Source: Pecten maximus (lineage: Eukaryota). Taken from it: a stretch of DNA of 64,000 nt. Of the stretch, positions 13,480 through 28,058 are shown piece after piece. Both the position numbers and the translations under genes were made by a program. Every line of letters starts with the position of its first letter. The stretch's first letter is position 1. The notes beneath the pieces were generated by a model. That model searched no databases, was not told where the DNA came from, and worked only from the letters and a program-made list of their open reading frames with translations. The stretch is taken from positions 14,880,001 through 14,944,000 of the forward strand of contig NC_047022.1 in assembly GCF_902652985.1 (NCBI RefSeq). The letters are read 5' to 3'.

Positions 13480-14250
13480 GGTGTAGGCCAGACATGGTGT
13501 CAGGGCCAGAGGAAACTCGGGCTACATCCATATGTGTACGTATATGTACGTATGTGCATGCCAAGACTCTATAGCGGCTTCATTTCTTAAGGGATTTCAA
13601 ATTTCACACATTTACAAAGGACAAAACTATCTTGAATGAGTGTGAGTTTCAGGGTTGTAGGGTCGTGGTCTTTCATAGTTACAGAAAGTCTAACTTAATT
13701 TTATATAATTCCTCTTTTATTTCTATAGTTTCTTGTATTGTTACATCAAAATCAGCTACGAGCTTATAACACCGTCTTTATAAATCATTTAATAGAGTTA
13801 TATAGGGGGACGGTAGGGGACATGTATGGCTTTATCAATAGTAAGTATGCTTGTTATTACATGTATTTACAGTATCATACCATCGCGAGACGATACAATA
13901 CGCGTACAAAAAATGTACGTGCGTATAGTACATGTTCATTATGTACATGTGCATTCACCCTTTGTGATTTCAATTCGAATTTTGATTAAACTTCTGGTAA
14001 TGGTCATTCATGAGAATACCTCGAACGAATTCGTCTTTCAGGGTGCCAGGGTCAAGGATAAGGTTACTGTTGCTATTAACGGAAAATCTTTGTCAGCACT
14101 TCAGCGATTTTAACATGAATTTATGTAGATCAAATTCCATACATATATAAGGGTCATGAATGAGAATACCTCAAAAGAGTTAGTGTTGCAGGATGCCTAG
14201 TTCACGGGCATGATATTATTTATAGAAAGTTTTTGTGAGCGTTCTAGTGT
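13480..14250. mobile_element. Possible decayed Helentron-associated (HINE-like) element with ~150-bp internal repeats
   Basis: Imperfect repeat GTCAT..ATGAGAATACCTC at ~14003 and ~14153, CAGGGTCAAGG motifs, and a TATGTACG microsatellite at ~13530. This layout recalls bivalve HINEs. Confidence 0.3.
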
Positions 14251-14266
14251 GTGTGTGTGTGTGTGT

Positions 14267-14297
<31 letters not shown>

Positions 14298-14298
14298 A

Positions 14299-16490
14299 AA
14301 CAGAGGACACTTACTTCAGAGGTAAACCTAGCTATGGCCGCTACAGAGGACACTCACTTCAGAGGTAAACCTAGCTATGGCCGCTACAGAGGACACTTAC
14401 TTCAGAGGTAAACCTAGCTATGGCCGCTACAGAGGACACTCACTTCAGAGGTAAACCTAGCTATGGCCGCTACAGAGGACACTTACTTCAGAGGTAAACC
14501 TAGCTATGGCCGCTACAGAGGACACTCACTTCAGAGGTAAACCTAGCTATGGCCGCTACAGAGGACACTCACTTCAGAGGTAAGACTATACTATGGCCGC
14601 TACAGAGGACACTCACTTCAGAGGTAAACCTAGCTATGGCCGCTACAGAGGACACTTACTTCAAAGGTAAGCCTAGCTATGGCCGCTACAGAGGACACTT
14701 ACTTCAGAGATAAACCTAGCTATGGCCGCTACAGAGGACACTTACTTAAGAGGTAAGTCTAGCTATGGCCGCTACAGAGGACACTCACTTCAGAGGTAAA
14801 CCTAACTATGGCCGCTACAGAGGACACTCACTTCAGAGGTAAACCTAGCTATGGCCGCTACAGAGGACACTTACTTCAGAGGTAAACCTAGCTATGGCCG
14901 CTACAGAGGACACTTACTTCAGAGGTAAACCTAGCTATGGCCGCTACAGAGGACACTTACTTCATAGGTAAACCTAGCTATGGCCGCTACAGAGGACACT
15001 TACTTTAGAGGTAAACCTATGTTATGGACGCTACAGAGGACACTTACTTCAGAGGTAAACCTAGGTTATGGACGCTACAGGGGACACTTACTTCAGAGGT
15101 AAACATAGCTATGGCCGCTACAGAGGACACTTACTTTAGAGGTAAACCTAGGCTATGGCCGCTACAGAGGACACTCACTCCAGAGGTAAACCTAGCTATG
15201 GCCGCTACAGAGGACACTTACTTTAGAATTAAACCTATGCTATGGCCGCTACAGAGGACACTTACTTCAGAGGTAAACCTGGCTATGGCCGCTACAGAGG
15301 ACACTTACTTCAGAAGTAAACCTAGGCTATGGACGCTACAGAGGACACTTACTTCAGAGGTAAACCTAGCTATGGCCGCTACAGAGGACACTCACTCCAG
15401 AAGTAAACCTAGGCTATGGCCGCTACAGAGGACACTTACTTCAGAGGTAAACCTAGGTTATGGACGCTACAGAGGACACTTACTTCAGAGGTAAACCTAG
15501 CTATGGCCGCTACAGAGGACACTTACTTCAGAGGTAAACCTAGCTATGGCCGCTACAGAGGACACTTACTTTAGAGGTAAACCTAGGTTATGGACGCTAC
15601 AGAGGACACTTACTTCAGAGGTAAATCCATGAAATGGCCGCTACAGAGGACACTTACTTCAGAAGTAAGACTATGCTATGGACGCTACATACAGAGAACA
15701 CCTACTTCAGAAGAAAGACTAGGCTATGGCCGCTAGAGAAGACACTTACTTCAGAGGTAAACCTAGGTTATGGACGCTACAGAGGACACTTACTTTAGAG
15801 GTAAACCTGGGTTATGGACGCTACAGAGGACACTTTCTTCAGAAGTAAGACTATGCTATGGCCGCTACAGAGAACACTTACTTGAGATGTAAGACTATGC
15901 TATTGCCGCTACAGACGACACTTCCATCAGAAGTAAGACTATGCTATGGCCGCTACAGAGGATACTTACTTCAGAGGTAAATCTATGCTAAGGCCGCTAC
16001 ATACAGAGAACATCTACTTCAGAAGAAAGACTAGGCTATGGCCGCTACAGAGGACACTTACTTTAGAGGTAAGCCTAGGTTATGGCCGCTACAGAGGACA
16101 CTTACTTCAGAGGTAAACCTAGCTATGGCCGCTACAGAGGACACTTACTTTAGAGGTAAACCTGGGCTATGGACGCTACAGAGGACACTTACTTTAGAAG
16201 TTACACTAGGCTAAGGCCGCTACATACAGAGAACACCTACTTCAGAAGTAAGACTATGCTATGGCCGCTACAGAGGAGACCTACTTTAGAGGTAAGACTA
16301 GGCTATGGCCGCTACAGAGGACACTTACTTTAGAAGTAAGACTAGGCTATGGCCGCTACAGAGGACACTTACTTTAGAAGTAAGACTAGGCTATGGCCGC
16401 TACAGAGGGGACACTTACTTTAGAAGTAAGACTAGGCTATGGCCGCTACAGAGGAGACCAACTTTAGAAGTAAGACTAGGCTACGGTCAC
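14299..16490. repeat. 43-44-bp minisatellite (GCTACAGAGGACACTTACTTCAGAGGTAAACCTAGCTATGGCC), ~50 copies
   Basis: 43-bp period. It starts abruptly after (GT)n, T-run and G-run sequence and becomes progressively more variable to the right. Confidence 0.97.
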
Positions 16491-17323
16491 TGTTGAGGTC
16501 GGTATATATAAATGTACCTTTACAAGGAGATATGCTTAACAGTACAAAGTATATTACCTCCAGTAAAACGGATTAGATTGTTCAGCCGTAAAAACACTTG
16601 AGTAGATTATAAAAGCTGGTTTTCTTTTCAGAAGTTAAAACGGCCGTATCTAAATCTGTCAGGTAATACGTTTATTTACAATCTTTCGCGTTAGCCTTAA
16701 AAAACAACAGACTATGTTCGGGCAGGCTTTGTGTGTGAGGCTAAACATGTATTTTAAAATTATGCTTATCATTCTTATTAATTTCCTATCACGATACGTA
16801 GCAAAACAATAACCCCCAAATTATGCAATGTCATGTTAACATAGCCGATTTTAATACAACAAAGATTTTGTAATCCCTGATAGTTTTGTTATAGCCGACT
16901 TAAAGTCTTATCGGGTTTGGAACAAGCTACATTGCACAGTGCAGCCTCCGTATTGTAGGTACGTGTTGAGAATCCCGACAATGTTGTAAGGGTTTTAGAT
17001 ATGAATTACTGGGTCTATCGGATTGTTTTCCCCGTATAGCACAGCTTGTTTTAGGCGTCGGTAAAACTATCGATCCGTCGGACGAGTGAAGGTTTCGATA
17101 CTGTCACTGAATAACAAATTCTCCCTCTCCGATTATGGTGTCAGAAGACAGTTGTATGTTATAAGTATGATTTACGCTACTGTCGCGTGGCCCTGGGCTA
17201 CTTTGTTATATATACGTCCGAAGTCATATTGTATGTACTTAGCACTATATCATACACCGTAATGTATAACATCTCTATCATACATTCCTATGTCAATATA
17301 ACAACACATACCAGTAAAAACTA

Positions 17324-18033
<710 letters not shown>

Positions 18034-19429
18034 CTGAAACGGAAGGAAATGAAAAATAATTTTTAATCTTCTTTTGGTTCTTTAATGTGTTTATTTTCGC
18101 ACTTTTAACTAGTTTTGTGGGGACATATATATCGGTTTGTATGCTACAGTGTAGGGGGTTATCGCTAACATAACTAGGCGATTACCATCCCCCAGCGTTC
18201 ACACGCTGAACAGGCCACACGTGACCGTACTCCATCAGATCCTCAGATTGGTGAAGAATTTTGATGTAAAAAACATATTACCATCAAATATATGAAAACG
18301 ATATCAGTTGTTGAAATATTACACGAACACTTTAAGTACGACATTAATTTAAAAAACAAGATTTCCTTCAACTTATGTTTTATAAGCACTAACGTTTCGT
18401 ACTGATATTATATAATGAGTGCTACTCTAATAACGTCAACCCTGCTCTGGCGAGGCCAGACAAGCATGTGACGTAGGTAACAATTTACGTACATGTACAT
18501 CACGGAAAAGTCTGGTCTACTTTAAGGTAGCTATCGAATTCCTTTCATTTATATAGATCTACTCTCGCATTATTTGCCAGAATGTTTTTAAATATCGTTG
18601 AAACAGAGAAAATTGAAAGTGTTTTTATTTACAGACACATTGCTACTTATATTTGTATTTATAAGCTTAATCATATGACATAAATACTGACAGAGGTAGG
18701 GCTCAGCTGACCTGAGAACTTGTAAACACCTGACCTACATACGTCCCCGGGGGGTACGGAGCAGATTGTGTAGGAGTGGACCACCAAACAATGAACCTGC
18801 CATTGTCCAGGAATAACTGTAAATGTTTGTAAACATTCTACGTCAAATCTTTTCAATAAAATTATATCTCACAGAATATTTCTTTACCTGTTCAGATTTT
18901 GAAAGGTAAATCAGGCCAGGTATAAACGAATGTTCGTGGAGATATTCCTCCTGCCATCGTCTCCTGTAGGTTTCTATTAATTTATACAATACTGAATACA
19001 TGTGGTGATTGAACTAAGCATTGAATGGTAATCGGTATCGTTGTATAGGTGTTGGGTTGTTTATATACCCCAATACCGACCTGGGGTCAGTGACAATATG
19101 GTGCTCCCGACAACGTTATTTAGTCTAGTAAAGTCTGTAACCGATTTAACGATATCTGGTTTCATTACTAAAACTCGTATGTACCCCCGCATAGCAAGGC
19201 TGTAAAATAGGACCACACGCTATCTTACATAACAATATATACAGGACATCAGTCCTACGTTTTTGTAATGAATGGTCCAGCTCAAACAGAAGCTATATCA
19301 TCCATATACGAATGTGCGCGAGTTTTCCATAATTTCTATTGGTATTTGCATCCATATTACACTACCTGTCCCCCCCCCCCTTTTCTAGAGACCAAAATAA
19401 TTAAGTGTGAGCCACCTATCCACCTATTA

Positions 19430-19915
19430 CTATACCCCGTTGGGAGCTATATCCCCCGCGAACAATAATACCCCGTCGGGAGCTATATCCCCCGGGAGCA
19501 ATAATACCCCGTCAGGAGCTATATCCCCCGGGAGCAATAATACCCAGTCGGGAGCTATATCCCCCGGGAGCAATAATACTCCGTCAGGAGCTATATCCCC
19601 CGGGAGCTATAATACCCTGTCGGGAGCTATATCCCCCGGGAGCAATAATACCCAGTCGGGAGCTATATCCTCCCGGGAGCAATAATACCCCGTCAGGAGC
19701 TATATCCCCCCGGGAGCAATAATACCCCGTCGGGAGCTATATCCCCCGGGAGCAATAATACCCCGTCGGGAGCTATATCCCCCGGGAGCAATAATACCCA
19801 GTCGGGAGCTATATCCCCCGGGAGCTATAATACCCTGTCGGGAGCTATATCCCCCGGGAGCTATAATACCCAGTCGGGAGCTATATCCCCCGGGAGCTAT
19901 AACACCCCGTCGGGA
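19430..19915. repeat. GC-rich 36-bp minisatellite (AATAATACCCCGTCGGGAGCTATATCCCCCGGGAGC), ~13-14 copies
   Basis: Direct periodicity. Each unit is a dimer of two GGGAGC-initiated subunits. Confidence 0.96.
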
Positions 19916-20676
19916 TAATGTGTCCATATACAATAATACACGCCTGAAGGCTACATGTGTACGTTGTTTACATTACGATCCCCGACTTAACGACCTGCTG
20001 AAAGCCCCATATGAAATACAAGTAGGGAGTGAAAACGACGACCACGTTTTAATTCCATAAAAATCACCATCCTCAGAATGTTTGACAGTAGGATGTAGAG
20101 GACACAAACTTTGATTTTAGGAAAAGAACGCGGATAGTTTGTTGTTTTTTTTTTTTTTCTTTTTTAATATTTACAAGTGTACATGTATCTTTCACACCTC
20201 CGGGTCACCCATCCTATACTTCATTGTCCCGAGAGATTTTGGAGTGAATGTCTTTTCGTTCAGCGGCATGTGTCGTTGGTACCTTCAGAGGTCATACGGA
20301 CTTCACATACCCAGGTATTGCAAACAGAAGTGAAACTCCCTACGGGGAAAGTATGATAAGCACTCCCCTCGTTTGAAATACAATTGTACAAATATATTTA
20401 TATTTTGTGCTTGATTTGCTATGGTTGTCTACGGACATTGAAGATTTAGAGTAGATATATGTATATATATAACCTCATGCTATCGTCGAGTCACCATAAA
20501 TCTACACACATAATATATGTAATGTAATTAAATGTTTAAAACAAATTAAAAAGTCAGTGATGCAATCCTAGTGTTTTGTTTTATTTTAACACCACGATGT
20601 ACTTGTATGTACATTATTGGTCGTATACTTTGACGTATCTACAGGATAGCATATACAAAGTGTAGTCAACAGCAAT

Positions 20677-20754
20677 ACCGGACTTATCCGACACCCTGTC
20701 TAATCCGACCAAAACAGCCACTTCCAATGGGGTCGGATTAGTTAGGTTTCACTT
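20677..20754. mobile_element. Partial Tc1/mariner (pogo/Tigger-like) MITE end
   Basis: TCCGAC repeats with the inverted pair CTAATCCGAC...GTCGGATTAG, ending GGTTTCACT. Family assignment is from memory only. Confidence 0.35.
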
Positions 20755-20810
20755 TAATACCTTAATACTGACCCTCAGTCATGGAATATTAATTAGAACA
20801 ACAACTTAAC

Positions 20811-21262
20811 ATAACAATAATGTCATTAGATACACAAAACTATTTCTGTAACACATGTAAATCAAAATATTGTCATTAAATACACAAAACTATTACTCTA
20901 ACACGTGTACAACAAAATAATATCATCAGATACACACAACTATTATTCTAACACATGTAAATCAAAATTTTGTCATTAGATACACAAAACTATTACTCTA
21001 ACACGTGTACAACAAAATATTGTCATTAGATAGATAAACTATTACTCCACCGATGTACAACAAAATAATGTCATTAAATACACAAAACTATTACTCTAAC
21101 ACGTGTACAACAAAATATTGTCATTAGATAGATAAACTATAACTCCACCGATGTACAACAAAATATTGTCATTAGATACACAAAACTATTACTCCACCGA
21201 TGTACAACAAAATAATGTCATTAGATAGATAAACTATTACTCTAACACATGTACAACAACAT
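20811..21262. repeat. 48-50-bp AT-rich minisatellite, ~9 copies
   Basis: TGTCATTAGATACACAAAACTATTACTCTAACACGTGTACAACAAAATAA repeated. Confidence 0.93.
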
Positions 21263-21819
21263 AATATATGTTGTAATTTATCTGCATTATCTGATAAGAT
21301 CATTTCTTAAAACGAAATCAGGATATCGATATTGTATTAGTGATCTGGCACTGAAACTTGACGTGACTTCTACAATGTCCCATACTTTACAGTCACCTGA
21401 AACTCTTATTAAGTATGACATTCAGTAGAAGGCCGAGACTCCGAATAAAAAATGTGTCTGTTAACTAAAACGTTAGGCCTGCCGGAGAGAAGATCATCTA
21501 CTGTAGATAGTGTATGAGTATTCGTAGCAACATGACTGGGATCTTGTAATTCTTTGGTAGGATTTTGCTAATTGTCGGCCAAATTTTCGCCTTCTCTCCA
21601 ACAGGCTGCGTTCATCTATACCATATAATTCAAAAGAATATGGACTTGGTAACAGAACCGCTATTCTTATTAAGAACCGATCTAACGGAGGCAAAGTACA
21701 TGATCTAACGGAGGCAAAGTACATGTACCAACACTGCTCCAACAGCATGGAGGCATTTGGAAATTAACATTTGAACAAGGAAATAAGACTTATATCACAA
21801 AAGAAAATACATCATGATG

Positions 21820-21955
21820 AACACTGAAAAAGTCGTGGTACCGATAACGAAATGGCCCTTGAATATCGAATCACCTGAGACATGGAAACACCATAAGTTG
21901 GGGAAGAAGAAATGCTACTATTGAGAAATAGGAAATTCAATATAGGTAAATGACA
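21820..21955 (-). mobile_element. Penelope-like retroelement RT C-terminal fragment
   Basis: Minus frame LPILNFLFLNSSISSSPTYGVSMSQVIRYSRAIS resembles the F.IVNFPFLSSNIP..PAYGVYISQLIRY.RACS motif of PLE reverse transcriptases. Confidence 0.75.
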
Positions 21956-23454
21956 AAGCAAGTAGATGAAGAGTCAAGCGAAGAAGGAAATGTATTTACT
22001 GCACCACACATCTATAACGGTGAAGTATTTAGTCTTTTTATGACGTATATGTTCAGTTCACCCATGATTGTGAGTGTGATGCATGGGTACATGTTTCAAA
22101 CTCGTATCTGTACACGGAAGCATATAAGGTAGCAAAACAGGAAGATGTATATCAAACTCTTATTAAATTACAAATTTAAAGCGTGTATTATTCCATTTTA
22201 AAGTAGTTTTTTGTATGTGAACATTTCAGTATGGATTCCGATCCAATCTTCACACGATCTACTTCATTATATTAAACACCACTAAATCCAAACGAACGAT
22301 ATACGTGGTTCATTAAAAGAGTATGTGTTCAATTCGGCCACATTAATAAACAATCGGTCAATTCCGTTTCAATCGGCGACGAAATACACTTAGGAAATAA
22401 GGCAGACGGCCTTCTTTGTATTAAAACTGAATGTGTATCTCGGGCGTCCTTTGGCAAGCCAACAAGTCCGCGCACTTACATGTATACCAGTAATGAAGTC
22501 ATCATCTCATCGTTATCCTACTCCTAACGTGTATTGTGTAACATGTGCAAATAACATCTTGTCTTAAGCAGCTTATCGTTTTGTCTAAGTGGACAAGTGA
22601 CGGATGTAGCTCCGAACTTGTTTAGTTAATTTTGTTATTTATTATATAATAAATGAGAAAATCGTTTACATTGATTATCGTGTGTGGTCTTATACACGAG
22701 TTATCGCTCTTTGATCAATTTCCAAAGCACGGGAGAGTTATATTTCCGTTTTATGCCAAATAATTACACAGAAAGGGTAATTTAAAACGCACTTTAATGA
22801 ATTATGATAACTTAGTTTTGATAGAAATTAAAAATAAATAAACATACGTACCAAGAACGATCATCGAGGACAATTCTTGGCTAGTACATCAGATAGCATA
22901 TATAGGTGTGAGTAAATCCATCCTAAACATCGAAACAATGGGGCAAGTGGTGAGCAATAACAATATACCAGCGCGTGCCGTTGGGTTGGAATGCATGCAC
23001 GCGCATTGCCGATGTGAGGGACATTTACTGTGTCGACGAGAAGATTTGGACACGAGACCCTATGTAGGTATGTGTTATGTACAGCCAAAGTATTGTATTC
23101 AACATTAGTAGGTACAACAAAACAATAATAGATTCATGGTATACTACAATAGAACAAACCACGGATACTTAAATGTCATTACTATCCGGCCATTACAAAT
23201 ACATCCTGAGAATATCAAAACTTTACCGGAAAACGATTTTACGCGATTGTTTAGGTGGTAAAAAAACGCTCTGTTTGAGTTAGTATTTAAGTCGATGTAA
23301 CCAACCAAACTTTACAATTGATTACGACAGAATCATCATTGGTATTACCAATTACAATGTGAAAGTTTAAAATGTAGAATAAGAGTTAGTATTTCATGGA
23401 ATCTGTGTCAGAATGAATGCAGCTTAAAACAGCACAATTTATACCTCGCCACGG

Positions 23455-25135
23455 AGTGATGGTCCACCAGTTACAATAAATGGTTATAAGACATCCTCGT
23501 AGACAGAGAGTCGACCATCTGCGAAAGTTAAAGTCATTCTCGAGGACTTATAGTCCATCAGCTACAATGGTTAAAGCCATTATCGAGGACTCGTAGTCCA
23601 TCAGCGCCAAAGATTCCAGTTATTCTCGGGGACAGATAGTCCACCAGCTACAATGGTTATCTAAGCCATTCTCGAGGAGGCCTGATAGTCCATCAGTTAC
23701 GAAGGTTAAAATTCCTCATCGAGGACTGATAGTCAATGAACTAAGACTAAAAAAGGACAACCTTGACGACTGATATTCCACCAGCTGCAATGAGTAAAGC
23801 CGTTCTTGAGGACTGATAGTCCACCAGCGACGATGGCCAGATCAAGTCATGTAGTCTATCATCTACAATAGTCCACTAGCTACAATGGTTAAAGTCATAC
23901 TAGAGGACGAATAATCCACTAGCTACAATGGTTAAAGCCATACTAGAGGACGAATAGTCCACTAGCTACAATGGTTAAGGCCATACCCGAGGACGAATAG
24001 TCCACTAGCTACAATGGTTATAGCCACACTAGAGGACGAATAGTCCACTAGCTACAATGGTTATAGCCACACTAGAGGACGAATAGTCCACTAGCTACAA
24101 TGGTTATAGCCATACTAGAGGACGAATAGTCCACTAGCTACAATGGTTAAAGCCATACTAGAGGACGAATAGTCCACTAGCTACAATGGTTATAGCCACA
24201 CTAGAGGACGAATAGTCCACTAGCTACAATGGTTAAAGCCATTCTAGAGGACGAATAGTCCACCAGCTACAATGGTTAAAGTCATACTAGAGGACGAATA
24301 GTCCACTAGCTACAATGGTTAAAGCCATACTAAAGGACGAATAGTCCACTAGCTACAATGATTAAAGCCATACTAGAGGACGAATAGTCCACTAGCTACA
24401 ATGGTTAAAGCCATACCCGAGGACGAATAGTCCACTAGCTACAATGGTTAAGGCCATACCCGAGGACGAATAGTCCACTAGCTACAATGGTTAAAGCCAT
24501 ACCCGAGGACGAATAGTCCACTAGCTACAATGGTTAAAGCCATACTAGAGGACGAATAGTCCACTAGCTACAATGGTTAAAGTCATACTAGAGGACGAAT
24601 TGTCCACCAGCTACAATGGTTAAAGCCATTCTAGAGGACGAATTGTCCACTAGCTACAATGGTTTAAGCCATACCCGAGGACGAATAGTCCACCAGCTAC
24701 AAATGTTAAAATCGATCCTAGATGACTGATTGTTCACCAACTTCAATTGTTAAAACCATCCTCGCACATTGATAGTCCAGCAGATGCAACGTTTAAAGCA
24801 AATATGGATAAATGATAGTCAACTATGTGCAAGGGTCTTACCTATCCCTTCATAGAGGACAGATTGTCCATTAAACACAAACGATAAAGTGATCACATAA
24901 TGACTGATAGTTAACCAGCTACAATTGTTAAAGGCACCCCCGAGGACTGATAGTTAATTCATAAGCAATAATGGTGAGAAGCCATCCTCGATGACCGATA
25001 GTTGCAGCTGCAAAAGTTAAAGGCAAAAAGCTCGGTGACTGAAAGTCCACCAGCTACAGATGTCAAAATCAGCATATAAGACAGATAGTCTGTCAGCTAA
25101 TACAATATTACCGTCATCATCGAGGCCTGCTAGTC
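23455..25135. repeat. 43-bp minisatellite (TAGTCCACTAGCTACAATGGTTAAAGCCATACTAGAGGACGAA), ~20 core copies plus ~10 decayed copies on each side
   Basis: The core 23869-24720 is homogeneous, and GATAGTCCA.CAG / GAGGAC remnants persist in both flanks. Confidence 0.95.
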
Positions 25136-25438
25136 ATTACATTTGCCGATAATATGTCCACTAAGTACTCCTTTTATGAAACATTTCTCCAGGTTGGTAA
25201 GTATTATGTCAATAGATTTTATTGTATATCACAAGCTGTATTGGATTATAAGCGTGACGTGGTTACACTCTGATACCAACCTATGACAAATGATAAGAGA
25301 AAGGTTGGTACTCTGATTCAGGAATATATTGGATAGTGAATATATGGAGACACGTGACTCGGCCTACAAGCAGCTAAGTCAATAAGTTAAGGAATCAGAA
25401 GGATAACAATGATGTTCAAAGAGATTTAGATGTCAGCA

Positions 25439-25607
25439 ATCATTCTAGATGTGAAGGAGTATCCGAAACCACTGAGAGGATATATCGTGGCCATGATATC
25501 GTGACAATCATGATAACTTTAAATGTACCCCAAAGCATCAAAGCATCCTACTGCACTCTAAGCATAAAACGCTATAAGAGAAAGTCGTGGAATGCATATA
25601 CAAAATT
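25439..25607 (+). mobile_element. Penelope-like element fragment (linker between RT and GIY-YIG)
   Basis: Frameshifted IILDVK/GVSETTERIYRGHDIVTIM...SILLHSKHK...KVVECIYKI resembles PYVKGVSE...RI.RKH.I...LVHPKDK...GVVYKI. Confidence 0.6.
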
Positions 25608-26019
25608 ATAAAAAAAGAATTGGAACGCATATCTGCCCATTATCTGAAAAACTATGAAGTGTTTTGGTTTGTCTTCGTAGATAGATGGAGACACCTAAAA
25701 ACACAGGAATCTTAATAGGTTCGAATGGAATGAATCCAAGTTCAAGGTCATTTGGCTAGCTCAGATCATGTCGCATAACAAATTCGTTTCTATGACTACG
25801 GCAATTCAACAGGTGCTTGACAAAGAGAGCAATATTTTCGAATTTAAGTGTAGGGAAGCTAAGTGGAAAATTAGCAGAATTTGCAAGTCAGTTTGATTGT
25901 ATCGTTCACACTTCAGTGTACATATATTTGTACTACAAGGCCTTTTCCCATGATTGTCTTCCAGCTATAAGGCCATACATGGTTTTGAGACTGACAGTTT
26001 ACCTGCTATAATGTCACTG

Positions 26020-26044
26020 CCCCCCTCACCTCACCCCCCCCCCC

Positions 26045-26080
<36 letters not shown>

Positions 26081-26098
26081 ACTCTCCTACCCCTCCCT
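26020..26098. repeat. C-rich/poly-C tract
   Basis: Seen directly. It is the source of the poly-Pro ORF. Confidence 0.9.
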
Positions 26099-27649
26099 CT
26101 GTCGATATAAAAGCATTTGTAGAAATGTACATTGAAAGAAGTATATCTGTTTTAAGCGTTAGGTACCAACACTGAAACAAGTTTCAAATTCCAATTGCCT
26201 AATATGGCCACGACACAAAATACGGAGAAATATAAAGAAGGAATATACATGTCGGGAGCGTGATCTGCTACCATTAAAATATAAGAGGGCCTTTATGTAA
26301 AAAGCAGTCATATAATTTGCGATATAATATTTTTTTAAACAAAAATGTAGTAAGGAAAGGAGTATACACACCGTCTGGAAGAAAGGATGGAGAAATGTGC
26401 GGCTCACGAAGACAAGAAGCTGAAGTTGATGTCTTGGAGAATGCTTGTAGGCTATCAATGGTGGCTCCGTTTACATAAAGTGCTCCCAAGATATATTGAC
26501 AATAGACGTTGTCCATGATACCCCTGTTGGCCACACAACTGGTAACTTTGGTGTGAATAGGGCAGATATATCACTGCTCTATATAAAAACAACAGCCTGT
26601 TACGTTAAAGGTCATTATACATGATGCCTGACACAACAGCTATTACTTTGGCACTAAATAAACACAAATGATGAATGGTGGGTGTTTATATTCTAAACTA
26701 TTGACAGAATCGACCGAGTTTGTGCAATATGGCCTATATTGTTTTGGATAAAATGTAGCATACGAATATTGGGAGACAATTTATCCACAACAACATATCA
26801 TAAAGTCGTAATACTGATATAAATCCACCAGTTAATACTACAGCTATTAACAAAATAACCCCTGGAACTACTGTGTAACCCTTTTTTGTTTTGGAAATAT
26901 AGGTGGAAAAATAATTAATTCTAAATATCGGCAGAATATAGGTAAACTTACTGTACAAAATTTATTATTTACAATAAATCAATGAAAAAGCAGAAATAGG
27001 CTATGATATGACTGGAATAATTTACGTTCTGCTTTCGAGCTATGCCCGGATAATGTATCAGAAACTATATTACTCTTTATTTAGCCAAACTTCATACCGA
27101 GACATACATTGTATGTGTTGAAAAAAAAAACAAAAAAACAAGATGCTGGCTAGGAGACAAAACAGAGAACTTGAAAAAGATTACACACTAGCAAATTAAA
27201 AAAAAATATATATAGAAAAAATAAGGAGAGTAAGATCATTCGATATTCAAAGAGACCCTGTCGTTTTGTTTTACCTGTTGACACAGGAAATGGATGTTTT
27301 ACCACAGTGAACAGTATCCAGGCGTTATAACACTACAATAACGTGTGTGTTATTTAATACGAATTGTTGATATTACATACACCATTACTTTACACGCTTA
27401 AATGTTACATATATTACCGATATTTAGTGTTATTCTACAAAGCCTGGAATAAATAGTGGTACCACAAGATACCTCTTTTTCATGTTTTTTAATTATCATA
27501 CTAATCCGATTGATAAACATATTCATTAAGTTAGTTATATTTCAGTGTCACGTTTGTTTAGAGTACAAATAAATTCTTTATCATCCATGCTTAATTTCCA
27601 GATTTGGGCCAAAGTCAGAACTGTAATTTATTAAACAACTTGTTTATTC

Positions 27650-28058
27650 CACATAAACAAGTTTAGGATACAAGTGTGCTCATTATTCCATATATCATAC
27701 AAGTTTAGGATACAGGTGTACTTATTTTTTCATATATTAAATCAGTTTAGGATAAATGATTGCTCATTATTTCATATATTAAACAAGTTTATGGTACTAG
27801 TGTGCTCATCATTCCACACATTTAACAAATTTGGGATGCAGGTGTGCTCATTATTCCATACAGTTAACTAGTTTAGGATACAGGTGTGCTCATTATTCCA
27901 TATAGGTAACTAGTTTAGGATACAGGTGTGCTCATAATTCCATATATCCTACAAGTTAAGGATACAGGTGTGTTCATTATTCCATATCAAACCAGTTTAG
28001 AATAGAAATGTGCTCATTATTACACATATTGATCAAGCTTATGATACAGATGTGCTCA
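27650..28058. repeat. Degenerate 42-bp minisatellite (CAGGTGTGCTCATTATTCCATA...AGTTTAGGATA), ~10 copies
   Basis: GTGTGCTCATTATTCC recurs at 42-bp spacing. Confidence 0.88.

Noticed and set aside
4743-16490. CRISPR-like regular 37-43-bp repeats
   Set aside because: The repeats are head-to-tail with no unique spacers, there are no cas genes, and the context is eukaryotic.
18888-18963. Possible SERT 5' UTR exon (donor CAG|GTAAAG)
   Set aside because: The acceptor lacks a polypyrimidine tract and cannot be supported without transcripts. The SERT promoter could not be located.
19407-19933. NNTPSGAISPGS repeat protein resembling a CTD/mucin
   Set aside because: A single-base C insertion breaks the frame mid-array, so it is a non-coding VNTR.
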